A stretch of 64,000 bases of DNA from Candidatus Zhuqueibacterota bacterium (GCA_016929055.1 JAFGJN010000041.1:10731-74730), one strand, 5' to 3'. Shown: positions 1 to 10,003, counted from the first letter of the stretch. The notes: generated by a model from the letters alone, not told the origin. A program made the numbers and translations.

Positions 1-539
1 TCGCTGCGGATTTTGGTTTTCAGGCAGAATTCGATCCCCAGTGGCGGCTGTTCAATCCCGAGTTAGGCGGTGGAGCCTTGCTCGATGTCGGCATTTATCC
101 CGTCTCATTTGCATTTATGGTGATGGGACAAGCGCCTGTCGCGCTGCAGACCCAGGCCATCATCGGAACAACCGGAGTGGATGAATTGACATCGATGCTG
201 TTTCGCTACGACTCGGACAAACAAGCCTTGCTTTCCTGCAGCAACCGCTGCGAAATGTCGCATAGCGCCTATATCTATGGCGATCAAGGTCAGATTTACG
301 TCCATCCCGCTTTTTGGCGCGGACAACGCGCAACGTTAAAAAAACAAAATCGCTCCATCACGCTGGATCTACCCTTCCACGGCAACGGCTATTATCATGA
401 AGCCAAACACGTACAAGCCTGTTTGCAAAAGGGAGAAACAACCAGTCCCCTGATGCCGTTGGATGAGACCCTTGTCATCATGCGAACCCTGGACGCCATA
501 CGCGACCAAATCGGGTTGATCTACCCTATGGAACGGTGA
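1..539 (+). CDS. Gfo/Idh/MocA-family oxidoreductase, C-terminal portion (5' end lies outside the window)
   Basis: The frame is open from the window edge (codon phase beginning at nt 3). The translation AADFGFQAEFDPQWRLFNPELGGGALLDVGIYPV... contains the conserved GGGALLD[VL]G.Y segment typical of Gfo/Idh/MocA dehydrogenases. The frame continues to the stop at 539. Confidence 0.6.
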   Translation, partial: AADFGFQAEFDPQWRLFNPELGGGALLDVGIYPVSFAFMVMGQAPVALQTQAIIGTTGVDELTSMLFRYDSDKQALLSCSNRCEMSHSAYIYGDQGQIYVHPAFWRGQRATLKKQNRSITLDLPFHGNGYYHEAKHVQACLQKGETTSPLMPLDETLVIMRTLDAIRDQIGLIYPMER

Positions 540-546
540 ATCCTTA

Positions 547-1410
547 TTGCTGCTCGAGTCGCTTATGGTTTTTCTTGTCCTTTCGATCTTTTCCTCTGTT
601 GCGATCGCCCATATTTTCAAATGGGCACAGCGTAAAAAGCTGTCCACACTCGGACTGCTGACAGTCAATTATTTTTTGGCGGCTTTTTTGGCGATTCTGG
701 ACAGCACAGGAACCGACGCCGCAATGCTGCCTCCCCCCTCCTTTTTCTTTGCAGTTGTCGTAGGCGGCCTGTTTGTCGGCAGCTTTTTTCTCATGACAAA
801 GAGTATCGAAAAAATGGGCGTAACCTTGCCCGTCGCCCTGATGCGCTTGTCTGCCGTGCTGCCGACTCTGGGCTCGATATTTTTCTTTTTCGAAATGCCC
901 CACGCTGTGCAAATTGTGGGGATGCTGACGGCCTTTGTTGCGCTACCCTTGGCCAACCAACCGGATCTGACGGGATCGGAACACCGACGGCTTGGAAACC
1001 ACTTTATTCAGGGTCTGGCCTTGTTTGGTCTATTTGGACTGACCGATTTTTCCCTGAAAATCCAGACGGAACTCTTTGCTCTGGACAATCCCAACAGATT
1101 TTTAGCTGTGGTTTTTACCACGGCCTTGATTATCACTGCCGTCGGCAGTTGGATCGAGAGAATTCGTATCAGCCGTGATTTGCTCATAGGCGGGATGATC
1201 CTCGGTCTTTTTAATCTGCTATCCTCATTTTTCTTTCTCAAAGCCTTGCCGCGCTTGCCCGGTCTGGTTGTTTATCCGACCAATGGTATCGGCATCATAC
1301 TCCTTGCGGCATTGAGCAGCAAGATGATCTGGCGGGAAAATCTACATCCGCGAACGATCCGATTTTTGATCCTTGCCTCATTTTCTCTGGTTTTGATCAA
1401 TTGGAAATAG
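547..1410 (+). CDS. Polytopic integral membrane protein (about 10 predicted TM helices; possibly DMT/EamA-like transporter)
   Basis: 287-aa ORF starting 8 nt after the upstream stop. It is uniformly hydrophobic with repeated helix-length segments. No catalytic motif was recognised. Confidence 0.4.
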   Translation: MLLESLMVFLVLSIFSSVAIAHIFKWAQRKKLSTLGLLTVNYFLAAFLAILDSTGTDAAMLPPPSFFFAVVVGGLFVGSFFLMTKSIEKMGVTLPVALMRLSAVLPTLGSIFFFFEMPHAVQIVGMLTAFVALPLANQPDLTGSEHRRLGNHFIQGLALFGLFGLTDFSLKIQTELFALDNPNRFLAVVFTTALIITAVGSWIERIRISRDLLIGGMILGLFNLLSSFFFLKALPRLPGLVVYPTNGIGIILLAALSSKMIWRENLHPRTIRFLILASFSLVLINWK

Positions 1411-1517
1411 AGGATTTTATACCGACAAATTCTTGTCTTTTTCGCTACAAGTGCTATATTCGGTTATCCCTATTTGGTGACCAAACTCGGTAGACCTGTA
1501 TACAGCTGATCAACACA

Positions 1518-2099
1518 GTGAGGAGTGTCGTGCAAATTGACTTGTTGCCCACAGAAATCGATGACATCAAATTGATAAAAATCAGTGTTTTTCGGGATGA
1601 TCGGGGATTTTTTGCGGAGACCTTCCAGGCCCGCGATTTTGCCCGCGCGGGATTGCCGGAGCATTTTGTCCAGGACAACCACTCGCGTTCAGTCAAAGGC
1701 GTGTTGCGGGGTTTTCATTATCAGTCTCCGAATGCACCCCAGGGCAAGCTGGTTCGCTGTACCGTGGGCGAGATTCTCGATGTCGCTGTCGACTTGAGAA
1801 TCGGTTCGCCTACTTTTGGGCGCTCTGTTTCCGCCTGTCTCAGTGCGGAAAACATGTGGCAGCTCTATGTCCCGGTCGGTTTTGGACACGCATTTATCAC
1901 CCTTTCCGACATTGCCGAAGTTCAGTACAAATGTACGGGCTTTTACAATCGTGAAGCCGAGGGAAATATCCGCTGGAACGATCCCGACATTGATTTTAAT
2001 TGGCCCATAAATGAACCGGTTCTTTCACCTCGGGACCTTGCGGCTTCGTCGTTGGAAGAGTATATTAAAAATCCGGCCTTTATATATGGGCAAATTTGA
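1518..2099 (+). CDS. rfbC: dTDP-4-dehydrorhamnose 3,5-epimerase (RmlC/RfbC)
   Basis: 193 aa with the cupin-type RmlC hallmarks FRDDRGFF, VLRGFHYQ and PVGFGHAF. An alternative GTG start at 1530 sits 4 nt downstream of an AGGAG site. Confidence 0.85.
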   Translation: MRSVVQIDLLPTEIDDIKLIKISVFRDDRGFFAETFQARDFARAGLPEHFVQDNHSRSVKGVLRGFHYQSPNAPQGKLVRCTVGEILDVAVDLRIGSPTFGRSVSACLSAENMWQLYVPVGFGHAFITLSDIAEVQYKCTGFYNREAEGNIRWNDPDIDFNWPINEPVLSPRDLAASSLEEYIKNPAFIYGQI

Positions 2100-2295
2100 C
2101 AATTTCGTTACAGTCTCTGTTTTTTTTCATTCGGACTTTAGAGTTGAGATCCTTTGGGCACTGCATTCGATTTTTTTAAGCTTGCGTCAAATCGATATGC
2201 CGAATATATTAACCTAGTCGGCGCATGCAAATTTTAAACCGACCATATACGGTTCAATTGCAGGACACCCCACATTTTAAGCGGAGGTCATTCCC

Positions 2296-5200
2296 GTGAA
2301 AAAACTGTTGTACCTCTCTTTCATCCTGCTTTTCTGCCTCGTTTCTCTCAGCCTTGCCAGTATTAGCGGCAAAATTACCGGACACATCATCGATGCGGAA
2401 AGCCGGGAACCCCTGACAGGCGTGAATGTATTGGTGGAAGGGACAACATTGGGAGCCGCATCCGATCTGGACGGCTATTTCGTCATCCTGAATGTTCCGC
2501 CCGGGAGCTATACCGTCAAGGCGCTGATGATCGGCTACTCGTCCGTCAGCACCCAAAACGTACGGGTCATCATCGATCTGACGACAACGGTCGACTTTAG
2601 CTTGACGCCTGAAGTATTGGGAGTTGGCGATGTCGTTGTTGTGGCCGAGCGCCCGGTTGTGGCGCGCGACGTTTCCGCCAGTGAGATGAATGTCGAAGCC
2701 AAACTGATCGAAAGTTTACCTGTTGCCGAGATCACGCAGGTTGTCGGTTTGCAGGCAGGTGTGCAGGGATTGAGCGTTCGTGGCGGCGGCTCGGACCAAA
2801 CCGCCTTTATAATCGACGGTTTTTCCTTTAACGACGAGCGCTCCAACATCCCCTATACCGCCGTGAGCCTCAGTTCGGTCAAGGAAGTCAAGATTCAGAC
2901 CGGCGGATTCAACGCTGAATACGGCAATGTGCGCTCCGGCGTGGTCAATGTTACCATGCGCGAAGGTGATAAAAATCGCTACAGCGGCACGATCACCGGC
3001 TGGTATCGCCCTCCTGCTGAAAAACACTTTGGACCTTCCGTCTACGATCCCAATACCTTTTTTACCCGTCCCTTTCAGGATCCCGAGGTGTGCTGGACGG
3101 GAACGGACAATGGGGTCTGGGACGAGTATACCCAAAAACAATATGTGCGCTTTGCCGGTTACAATGCGGTTTCCGAAGCGCTGTTGTCCGATGAAGATCC
3201 CGCCAACGATCTGAGTCCAGAGGGTGTTAAACGCTTGTGGGAGTGGCAGCACCGCCGCCGTGGAGAGATCGAAAAGCCCGATTATACCCTGGATCTCGGT
3301 TTTGGCGGCCCCATGCCTTTTGTCAGCGATCGATTGGGAGGCTTGCGCTTTTTCGCTTCTTATCGCGACGTCGAAGAATTTTTTATTTTTCCGCTTTCGC
3401 GGGACAGTTATCGAGACCGCCATGGTCAGGTCAAGTTGACTTCCGACATCAACTCGGCCATGAAACTCATGGTTACAGCGCTTTACGGGGAAACCTTTTC
3501 TGTCTGTCCCGAAGATTATTCACCGCCTACCGGCACGATTTTTCGCAATTCCTACACCATCGCGCGCAAAGTCCGAAGCAACAGCAACGCTGCCAGCATT
3601 CTCTATGTACCCGGTTATTACAATCCCACCGACATCTATCGCACCCATTTGGGTGCCAAGTTTAGCCATGTTTTGAACTCTAATACGTTTTACGAGATCA
3701 ATCTGCAGCACATGATCAGCCGCTATCGAACCTGGCGCACGGACGAACGCGATCGCACGCCCCGTTATGAAATCGTTGATGATTATTTTGTCGATGAAGC
3801 GCCCTATGGCTATTATGGCTTTCCTGATGTCGCCGTCGACGGTATGCGAATGGGCGGTTGGATGGGCTTGAGCCGTGACCGAAGCAATTTCTACACAACC
3901 TCGCTGCAGGCCGACCTGACCAGCCAGATCGGCAAATTCAATCAGGTTCAAACCGGGCTTCAGTTCGTCATGAACGATCAGGATATTCATTCATCGCTGG
4001 TGAGCCCGTTTTCGCTATCCTGGAATGAATCGCGCGATTGGAACATCTCACCTTTTCGGTTGGGCGCCTATGTGCAAGACAAGATTGAATTCCAGGGTTT
4101 TGTCGCCAACATCGGTCTCCGTCTGGACCTCTACAATCCCAACACCGAGTGGTACGAATTCACGCCCTATGACAATTGGTTGAATTCCAGTCAAGGCCGT
4201 TCAATCGAAACTGAAGCGCCGCGCAAAGAATCCGAACTCAACGCCAAGCTCAGCCCGAGACTGGGAATTTCCCATCCCATAACCGAAAACTCGAAACTCT
4301 ATTTCAATTATGGCCATTTTCATTCGCTTCCGGACAACCGGTATCTCTATACCATCGACCGATTGGGCGACGGGCAAGTGCAGTTTCTCGGCAACCCATC
4401 GCTGGCTTACAGCCGCACGGTTCAATATGAATTGGGTTATTCGCACAACATCCTCGATCTCTTTCTGCTCAACATTGCGGCCTATTATAAAGATGTGACA
4501 GATCAGCCGAATTGGATCCACTATATCAGTGCGGATATGACAGTGGACTATTATCTGGCGGACAACAACAGCTATGAAGATATCCGTGGTTTTGAGTTCA
4601 CCCTGACCAAAAGAATGGGTGAGTGGGTGACCGGATTCATCAATTACACCTATATGATGCGCACCTATGGCTATTTCGGTTTGCAAAGATATTACGAAAA
4701 CACCAATTTGCAGCGCAATTATGAGAGACTTAATCCGTACCAGGAAAAACCGCATGCCTCTCCCTACCTTCGGGCCAACATCGATCTGCGCACACCGATG
4801 CAATTTGGTCCCACCTGGCTTGGCTTGAAACCCCTGGGTCAGTGGAGCCTGAATATCCTCGGTACCTGGCAATCAGGGGATTATTTCACCTACAATCCCG
4901 GTGGCAAACGCGGGGTCAAAGACAATGTCCAGTGGGTAGATTACACCAATCTCGATTTGAGACTTTCCAAGACGTTCAAAATGCAAAAAATCGATCTGCA
5001 ATTGTTCGTCGATATAACCAATACCCTGAACACCAAACGCTTGTCGACAGCGGGTTTTTCGGATGAAAACGACTGGATTGCCTATATGGAATCGTTGCGC
5101 TTTGATTGGGAAGAAGGCGCTGAGCGCGGCACTGATCATGTTGGCGATGTGCGCGATGCGGGCGTTCCCTATCAGACGTACGATCCGACCGACCCGTCTT

Positions 5201-5322
5201 TGAGCGAAGCGGATCTGCAGCGCATTCTCGATACCAAAGCTTACATCGACATGCCCAATCTCAGCTATTTTTCTTTTCTCAATCCGCGAGATATTCAGAT
5301 CGGCGTCAAGATCGATTTCTAA
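2296..5322 (+). CDS. TonB-dependent outer-membrane receptor with N-terminal carboxypeptidase-regulatory-like domain (SusC-like architecture)
   Basis: GTG start 8 nt after GGAGGT. There is a signal peptide, then GKITGHIIDAESREPLTGVNVLVEGTTLGAASDLDGYFVILNVPPGSYTV (CarbopepD_reg-like), then a plug segment VRGGGSDQTAFIIDGF. A long beta-rich C-terminal region ends in the terminal aromatic ...GVKIDF. It is a paralog of 19808-22978. Confidence 0.8.
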   Translation: MKKLLYLSFILLFCLVSLSLASISGKITGHIIDAESREPLTGVNVLVEGTTLGAASDLDGYFVILNVPPGSYTVKALMIGYSSVSTQNVRVIIDLTTTVDFSLTPEVLGVGDVVVVAERPVVARDVSASEMNVEAKLIESLPVAEITQVVGLQAGVQGLSVRGGGSDQTAFIIDGFSFNDERSNIPYTAVSLSSVKEVKIQTGGFNAEYGNVRSGVVNVTMREGDKNRYSGTITGWYRPPAEKHFGPSVYDPNTFFTRPFQDPEVCWTGTDNGVWDEYTQKQYVRFAGYNAVSEALLSDEDPANDLSPEGVKRLWEWQHRRRGEIEKPDYTLDLGFGGPMPFVSDRLGGLRFFASYRDVEEFFIFPLSRDSYRDRHGQVKLTSDINSAMKLMVTALYGETFSVCPEDYSPPTGTIFRNSYTIARKVRSNSNAASILYVPGYYNPTDIYRTHLGAKFSHVLNSNTFYEINLQHMISRYRTWRTDERDRTPRYEIVDDYFVDEAPYGYYGFPDVAVDGMRMGGWMGLSRDRSNFYTTSLQADLTSQIGKFNQVQTGLQFVMNDQDIHSSLVSPFSLSWNESRDWNISPFRLGAYVQDKIEFQGFVANIGLRLDLYNPNTEWYEFTPYDNWLNSSQGRSIETEAPRKESELNAKLSPRLGISHPITENSKLYFNYGHFHSLPDNRYLYTIDRLGDGQVQFLGNPSLAYSRTVQYELGYSHNILDLFLLNIAAYYKDVTDQPNWIHYISADMTVDYYLADNNSYEDIRGFEFTLTKRMGEWVTGFINYTYMMRTYGYFGLQRYYENTNLQRNYERLNPYQEKPHASPYLRANIDLRTPMQFGPTWLGLKPLGQWSLNILGTWQSGDYFTYNPGGKRGVKDNVQWVDYTNLDLRLSKTFKMQKIDLQLFVDITNTLNTKRLSTAGFSDENDWIAYMESLRFDWEEGAERGTDHVGDVRDAGVPYQTYDPTDPSLSEADLQRILDTKAYIDMPNLSYFSFLNPRDIQIGVKIDF

Positions 5323-5375
5323 GTCAGGCGTGCTCGGCACACTGTAATGCTGACTCTATCATAGGAAACCCGACT

Positions 5376-7460
5376 ATGCGAACCACTCAAAAAATAATCA
5401 TCAATCTGTTTTGCGCACTTTATCTGATCGCGCCCGTCATGCTCCGGCAGACGGCCGATGCGCAGATCTCGCCTAAAAAAGAGAAATGGGTCAAAGTCGG
5501 ACGGTTGCATCATCTGCTGCGCGCCTCGACATTGGAACGCGGATACAACGGCACCTATTATGCCGGATTGATGTGGCCGGCGGAATATGCCGAAACCGAC
5601 AACTTTGTCAACAAGCGTTTCTGGGTGTCGTGCCGGGATTTTACCGATATCGACAACAAATACTGGCCGGTCAAGGCCACAGCTCTCGGCGAGACCGAAG
5701 ATCTGACCCAATTCTGGACCGATGAATTCAGGCAGGTGGCGCAATTCGAGCCGACGCGGGTTTATGTCGATGGCGTTGAAATCTCGGAAACAACCGAAAC
5801 CTATGCGGACATGATCAACGAAATTGACCCAACCCTTGCGGCCGATCGCATGGTCTTTAGTCGAGTGCACACCAATATTGGTCTGACCATCGAGCGGCGG
5901 GTCTATGTCTTTAGCCAGCAATACCATGACAACTATTTCATCTACGATTATGTATTCAAAAACACCGGCAATATCGATGGTGATGAAGAGATCGAATATC
6001 CGACCAACACGCTGCAAGACGTCTATATCGGCATGATGGTGCATTACGCCACAAGTCGCGATGGAGCCTGGAAGGTGCAGGGACGCCAAACCTGGGGCTA
6101 CAATCAGTGGTTGACCAAGCGCGGCGAAGATTATGAGGATTTTGTCAACGGAGATACGAGTGCCGACTCGCTTCGATGCACCTTTAGCTGGCTTGGACAG
6201 GACGACAAGGTCAGCCATGACAATATCGGCGCTCCGGATGTTCAGGGAGGTACCGGGCGCTGGTGTTCGCCACAATATGCCGGAATCGTTTTTTTACACA
6301 CCGACAAGAGTCCAAACGATCCCAGCGACGATCCCAATCAGCCCCTGACTGTGGGCTGGAACGGCAACGACACTTTTCCCCGATTGAGCGGCACCAACGA
6401 ACTGGAGATGCAAAACGCCTATAAAATGTGTCAAGGTTTGATGATGAAAGGGGCCACCGATCGTATGGATGACCGAATGAAAGACACCAAATATCCCGGT
6501 CGTCTGACAGATGACGGCGGTGCTGCAGCCGTGATGGGATGGGGTCCCTACACCCTCGCGCCCAGCGACAGTTTTCGATTCGTCTATGCCGAAGGAGTTA
6601 ACGGATTAAATCGACAGGCCTGCATCGATTTTGGCCGAAGCTGGATCAACGAGGATAGCCCGTATGAATTACCGGACGGTACTGTGACCAACGATGCGGA
6701 CGAGTTTAAAAATACATGGATCTATACCGGGGCGGATTCCATTCTGCAGACATTTGGTCGCGCCAACCGCAATTACAAGTCGGGCTATGCGATCCCCCGG
6801 CCGCCACGTCCGCCATCTGTATTCAATGTGACCTCCGGTGGCGACCGCATCATGCTGGAATGGACGGCGGAATCGGAAGATTCTCCCGATTTTGCCGGTT
6901 ATCGCATTTTTCGAGCGGTCGGAAAACCAGATACGACTTACCAGGAGATCTTTAGCTGCGGTGCTGGAACGGACAATCCCGCAATCGTCCACAGCTACGA
7001 TGACATAGATGCGGTGCGCGGATATTCGTATTACTATTACATCACCGCTTTCAACGACGGAAGCCGCAACAATACAGATCTCAATCCACACGGATCTCTT
7101 TCCAGCAGCCGCTTCTACACTCAGACAAGCGAACCTGCCTACCTGCGCCGACAGGCGGCAGAAAATCTCAACGATATTCGCGTGGTTCCCAATCCTTACA
7201 ACATTCGAGCCCGCGATTTGCAGTACCCGGGTGAGGAGAACAAGATTATGTTTCTCAACATCCCCGGCCAGTGTACGATTCGTATCTTTACCGATCGCGG
7301 CGATTTGATCAAAACCATCAACCACACCAATGGAACCGGTGACGAAGCCTGGAATCTGGTTACCGAATCGCGTCAGTTCGTTGTCAGCGGTGTCTATATC
7401 GCCTATTTTGAAACTCCGGACGGCACCAGCACATTTCGCAAATTCGGCGTTATCCGATAG
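5376..7460 (+). CDS. Secreted multidomain protein: unrecognised N-terminal domain, PRPPRPP linker, FN3-like domain and T9SS C-terminal sorting domain
   Basis: Signal peptide MRTTQKIIINLFCALYLIAPVMLRQTADA, then an internal YHDNYFIYDYVFKNTG motif and the linker IPRPPRPPSVFNV. The segment GYRIFRAV...YSYYYYITAFNDG is FN3-like. The terminal about 95 aa (RVVPNPYN...IRIFTDRGDLIKTI...SGVYIAYFE...) match the T9SS type-A CTD pattern. It is a paralog of 17658-19766. Confidence 0.6.
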   Translation: MRTTQKIIINLFCALYLIAPVMLRQTADAQISPKKEKWVKVGRLHHLLRASTLERGYNGTYYAGLMWPAEYAETDNFVNKRFWVSCRDFTDIDNKYWPVKATALGETEDLTQFWTDEFRQVAQFEPTRVYVDGVEISETTETYADMINEIDPTLAADRMVFSRVHTNIGLTIERRVYVFSQQYHDNYFIYDYVFKNTGNIDGDEEIEYPTNTLQDVYIGMMVHYATSRDGAWKVQGRQTWGYNQWLTKRGEDYEDFVNGDTSADSLRCTFSWLGQDDKVSHDNIGAPDVQGGTGRWCSPQYAGIVFLHTDKSPNDPSDDPNQPLTVGWNGNDTFPRLSGTNELEMQNAYKMCQGLMMKGATDRMDDRMKDTKYPGRLTDDGGAAAVMGWGPYTLAPSDSFRFVYAEGVNGLNRQACIDFGRSWINEDSPYELPDGTVTNDADEFKNTWIYTGADSILQTFGRANRNYKSGYAIPRPPRPPSVFNVTSGGDRIMLEWTAESEDSPDFAGYRIFRAVGKPDTTYQEIFSCGAGTDNPAIVHSYDDIDAVRGYSYYYYITAFNDGSRNNTDLNPHGSLSSSRFYTQTSEPAYLRRQAAENLNDIRVVPNPYNIRARDLQYPGEENKIMFLNIPGQCTIRIFTDRGDLIKTINHTNGTGDEAWNLVTESRQFVVSGVYIAYFETPDGTSTFRKFGVIR

Positions 7461-7540
7461 AAATGAAAGGCTCGGCTTACGCCGACAGTCGATCGCTTAC
7501 AAAAAATTGCGGTACTGAATCATAAATTTTGGGTAAGCCA

Positions 7541-8566
7541 ATGAAAAAACAATTGATGACTTGCATGATCAGCCTGCTGCTTCTGCCGTCATTCTGCGGA
7601 ATTTTGGCAGCCGATAAAAAACTGGCGCAGACGGGTTTCCAGTTTCTCAGCATTCCGCCCCATGCCCGCTCGGCTGCCATGGGCGAAGCGTTCACCACCA
7701 TCGATGGCCGTTCCAGTTCGCTTTTTTACAATCCGGCCAATATGGCGCGGATGGATTGCTTTATGGATTTTTCCTTTACCAAACAGAATTGGATTGCGGA
7801 TATCAACCTGATTTCGGCCAGTTTCGCCGTCAATCCAGCGCGTGGTGCATACGGCACCCTGGGATTTAGCCTGATGACAGTCGATTATGGAGAGATCCAG
7901 GGAACCCGAGTCGATGCCGGCAGCGATGCCGGATACATCGACACCGAAACCTATTCCCCCGGCGCCTTTGTCGTGGGAACCGGATACGGCATTGCCTTGA
8001 CCGATCGGTTTTCAGTGGGTGGGCAAATCAAATACGCCTATCAATCCATCGGCAGCAATACCATCCCCATTCTCGATAAAAACGACCAGATGGTCGACAC
8101 TGAAACAAAAGACAACGAGCTGGGTGTTGTGGCCTATGATTTTGGCACTCTCTACCAGACCGGTTTTCGCAGCATCGCCTTCGGCATGTCGGTCAGCAAT
8201 TTTTCGCCCGAGGTCAAATATGAAAACGAGAGTTTTCAACTGCCGATGACATTTCGCATCGGCATTTCCATGGACGTGCTCGATTTTCTTCGGGTTGACG
8301 ACTCGATCCATTCTCTGCTTGTTTCGATCGATGCCTTACACCCCCGTGCCTACTCTGAACGGCTGAATTTCGGAATCGAATATCTCTTTATGGATCTTTT
8401 TGCCTTGCGCGGCGGCTATTTGTACAACTATGACGAACGAGGACTCACAGCCGGACTCGGTGTTCAAAAGAACTTAAACAATCGCTTGATCGCTTTCGAC
8501 TATGCCTATACGCCGTTCGGAATTTTCGACAACGTTCAACAGCTGTCATTTCGAGTTTCGCTTTAA
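7541..8566 (+). CDS. PorV/FadL-like outer-membrane beta-barrel protein (T9SS shuttle-like)
   Basis: Signal peptide, then AQTGFQFLSIPPHARSAAMGEAFTTIDGRSSSLFYNPANMA, matching the GF.FL...AR..AMGgAf...dD.sa.fyNPAg N-terminal signature of PorV/FadL-family barrels. Near the C-terminus are alternating beta-strand patterns with ERGLTAGLGV...FDYAY, ending in an aromatic-rich strand. An in-frame TTG at 7529 is possible, but the ATG at 7541 is preferred. It is a paralog of 16587-17618. Confidence 0.55.
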   Translation: MKKQLMTCMISLLLLPSFCGILAADKKLAQTGFQFLSIPPHARSAAMGEAFTTIDGRSSSLFYNPANMARMDCFMDFSFTKQNWIADINLISASFAVNPARGAYGTLGFSLMTVDYGEIQGTRVDAGSDAGYIDTETYSPGAFVVGTGYGIALTDRFSVGGQIKYAYQSIGSNTIPILDKNDQMVDTETKDNELGVVAYDFGTLYQTGFRSIAFGMSVSNFSPEVKYENESFQLPMTFRIGISMDVLDFLRVDDSIHSLLVSIDALHPRAYSERLNFGIEYLFMDLFALRGGYLYNYDERGLTAGLGVQKNLNNRLIAFDYAYTPFGIFDNVQQLSFRVSL

Positions 8567-8620
8567 GCCGGGCAATATGCCTCGCGGCTGCATTTGAATG
8601 AACTGCAAAAGGAGCGCAAG

Positions 8621-9823
8621 ATGAAACGAGGACTCGCGATTGTATTGGTCCTGTGTGGTATTTGGGGGTGTTCAAAAGATCGCCCCAAAAGCCTTTTCGA
8701 TCCGGATTATGTTTCACAGGAAAAGCCGACGATTCATTCTGTAACCCCGAGCGGCGAAGCCCTGGCTGCGGTGGTTCCCATCACCATCGAGGGTGCTCAT
8801 TTCCTCAACGACACGGCCAAAGTCTCGGTCTGGTTCAACACGGTCAAAGCCAAAATACTGCAGGCTTCCAGCGACCGGATCGTGGTTCAGAGTCCCAATT
8901 TGGTGGCCGATTCTGTTGCGATCAAAATTGCGGTCCGCGAAGCCGATCGCTTAAGCGATCCGTACTCCTATCGCTTGTTGCAATCGGTTTTTGTGGTCGG
9001 CGGTTTCAACAAATACGACGATCCGTACGCTTTGACATGCGATCGCCATGGCACCGTCTACGTATCCAACGCCCCTTCGCGGCTGGAAAAAGTGACACCG
9101 GAAGGCGAACGCACCCAATTCGGCAGCAGTATCGGCTCAGGTATTCGAATGACAAGTGTGAAAAATATGAAAGTTGGACCTGGCGATTATCTCTACCTGG
9201 TCAGCAACACCAATTATATCGCTCGTATTTCAGTCGACGGCGGCGATATCACAAAATGGGCCACCCTATCGGCTTCGGTCTATGATCTGGATTTTCTCCC
9301 AAGTGGATCACTCTATACAGGGGGACGCAATGCGCCGCTTATTTTGGTTAAAAACGATGCCTCATCCTCCAATGTAGCCGACTATAAAGGATACAATATA
9401 CAGGCGATACGTGTTTTTGACGGCTATGTCTATATCGCCGCTGAAATAACCGCAGATCGAACGGTGCATATCTGGAGACACCGGATCAATGCCGATGAAA
9501 GCGTCGGGGAACGCGAATTGGTCTTTAACTGGACTGAAAATTTCGGCACAGCTTCTCTCCTGGGTCTGACCTTTGCCGCCGATGGAACAATGTACATCGG
9601 CACTGATCTGATGGAATCGATCATGGTTTTACATTCGGACGGGAACTTTGAGCCCCTTTATCCCGGTGTTCTGCTGCCGGAAACCTATTCACTGTGTTGG
9701 GGACCGGATGAGTTTCTCTATATCGCCAGGCGAAATGACAGCAAAAATTCGAGTCAGGAACTGCAAACAGTGCTTAAGATCAATATGGTTAAATTGGGCG
9801 CCCCATATTACGGCCGACAATAA
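8621..9823 (+). CDS. Probable lipoprotein with IPT/TIG domain followed by a beta-propeller (NHL/SMP-30-like) domain
   Basis: ATG at 8621 lies 7 nt after AAAGGAG. The signal sequence has a Cys near the cleavage region (LVLCGIWGCSKD). PTIHSVTPSGEALAAVVPITIEGAHF is IPT/TIG-like, and repeated YVS/YIG/YLY beta-propeller blade patterns follow. Confidence 0.5.
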   Translation: MKRGLAIVLVLCGIWGCSKDRPKSLFDPDYVSQEKPTIHSVTPSGEALAAVVPITIEGAHFLNDTAKVSVWFNTVKAKILQASSDRIVVQSPNLVADSVAIKIAVREADRLSDPYSYRLLQSVFVVGGFNKYDDPYALTCDRHGTVYVSNAPSRLEKVTPEGERTQFGSSIGSGIRMTSVKNMKVGPGDYLYLVSNTNYIARISVDGGDITKWATLSASVYDLDFLPSGSLYTGGRNAPLILVKNDASSSNVADYKGYNIQAIRVFDGYVYIAAEITADRTVHIWRHRINADESVGERELVFNWTENFGTASLLGLTFAADGTMYIGTDLMESIMVLHSDGNFEPLYPGVLLPETYSLCWGPDEFLYIARRNDSKNSSQELQTVLKINMVKLGAPYYGRQ

Positions 9824-9930
9824 CCCTCTCTATTCACGAACGGCCGAACGTCAAACCGCAAATTCCTCTGTGTCGCTCAAACCAGAACGCACACACGCCT
9901 CCCGCAACTTGCGGGTTTAAACCACTCGTG

Positions 9931-9960
9931 CTTGCCGGAAGTCCAAAGGCTTCCGGCAAG
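9931..9960. other. Strong GC-rich hairpin in the 5' leader of the glutamate/aspartate-type symporter gene
   Basis: CTTGCCGGAAG-TCCAAAGG-CTTCCGGCAAG: a perfect 11-bp stem with an 8-nt loop and no flanking U-run on either strand. It ends 44 nt upstream of the ATG at 10004. Confidence 0.4.
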
Positions 9961-10003
9961 TGGAATCAATAACGATCACGTGCATGTGAAAAAGGACTGT
10001 ACC

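Noticed and set aside
3520-3990. Antisense ORFs within the plus-strand TonB receptor gene (156 aa; also 2716-3423, 4201-4872, 4873-5340)
   Set aside because: They lie entirely inside a well-supported long gene on the opposite strand. They have no RBS and no motifs.
8653-9285. 210-aa alternate-frame ORF inside the lipoprotein gene (Arg/Ser/Gly-rich)
   Set aside because: It is out of frame with a gene that has clear domain content. Its low-complexity composition is typical of a GC-frame artefact.
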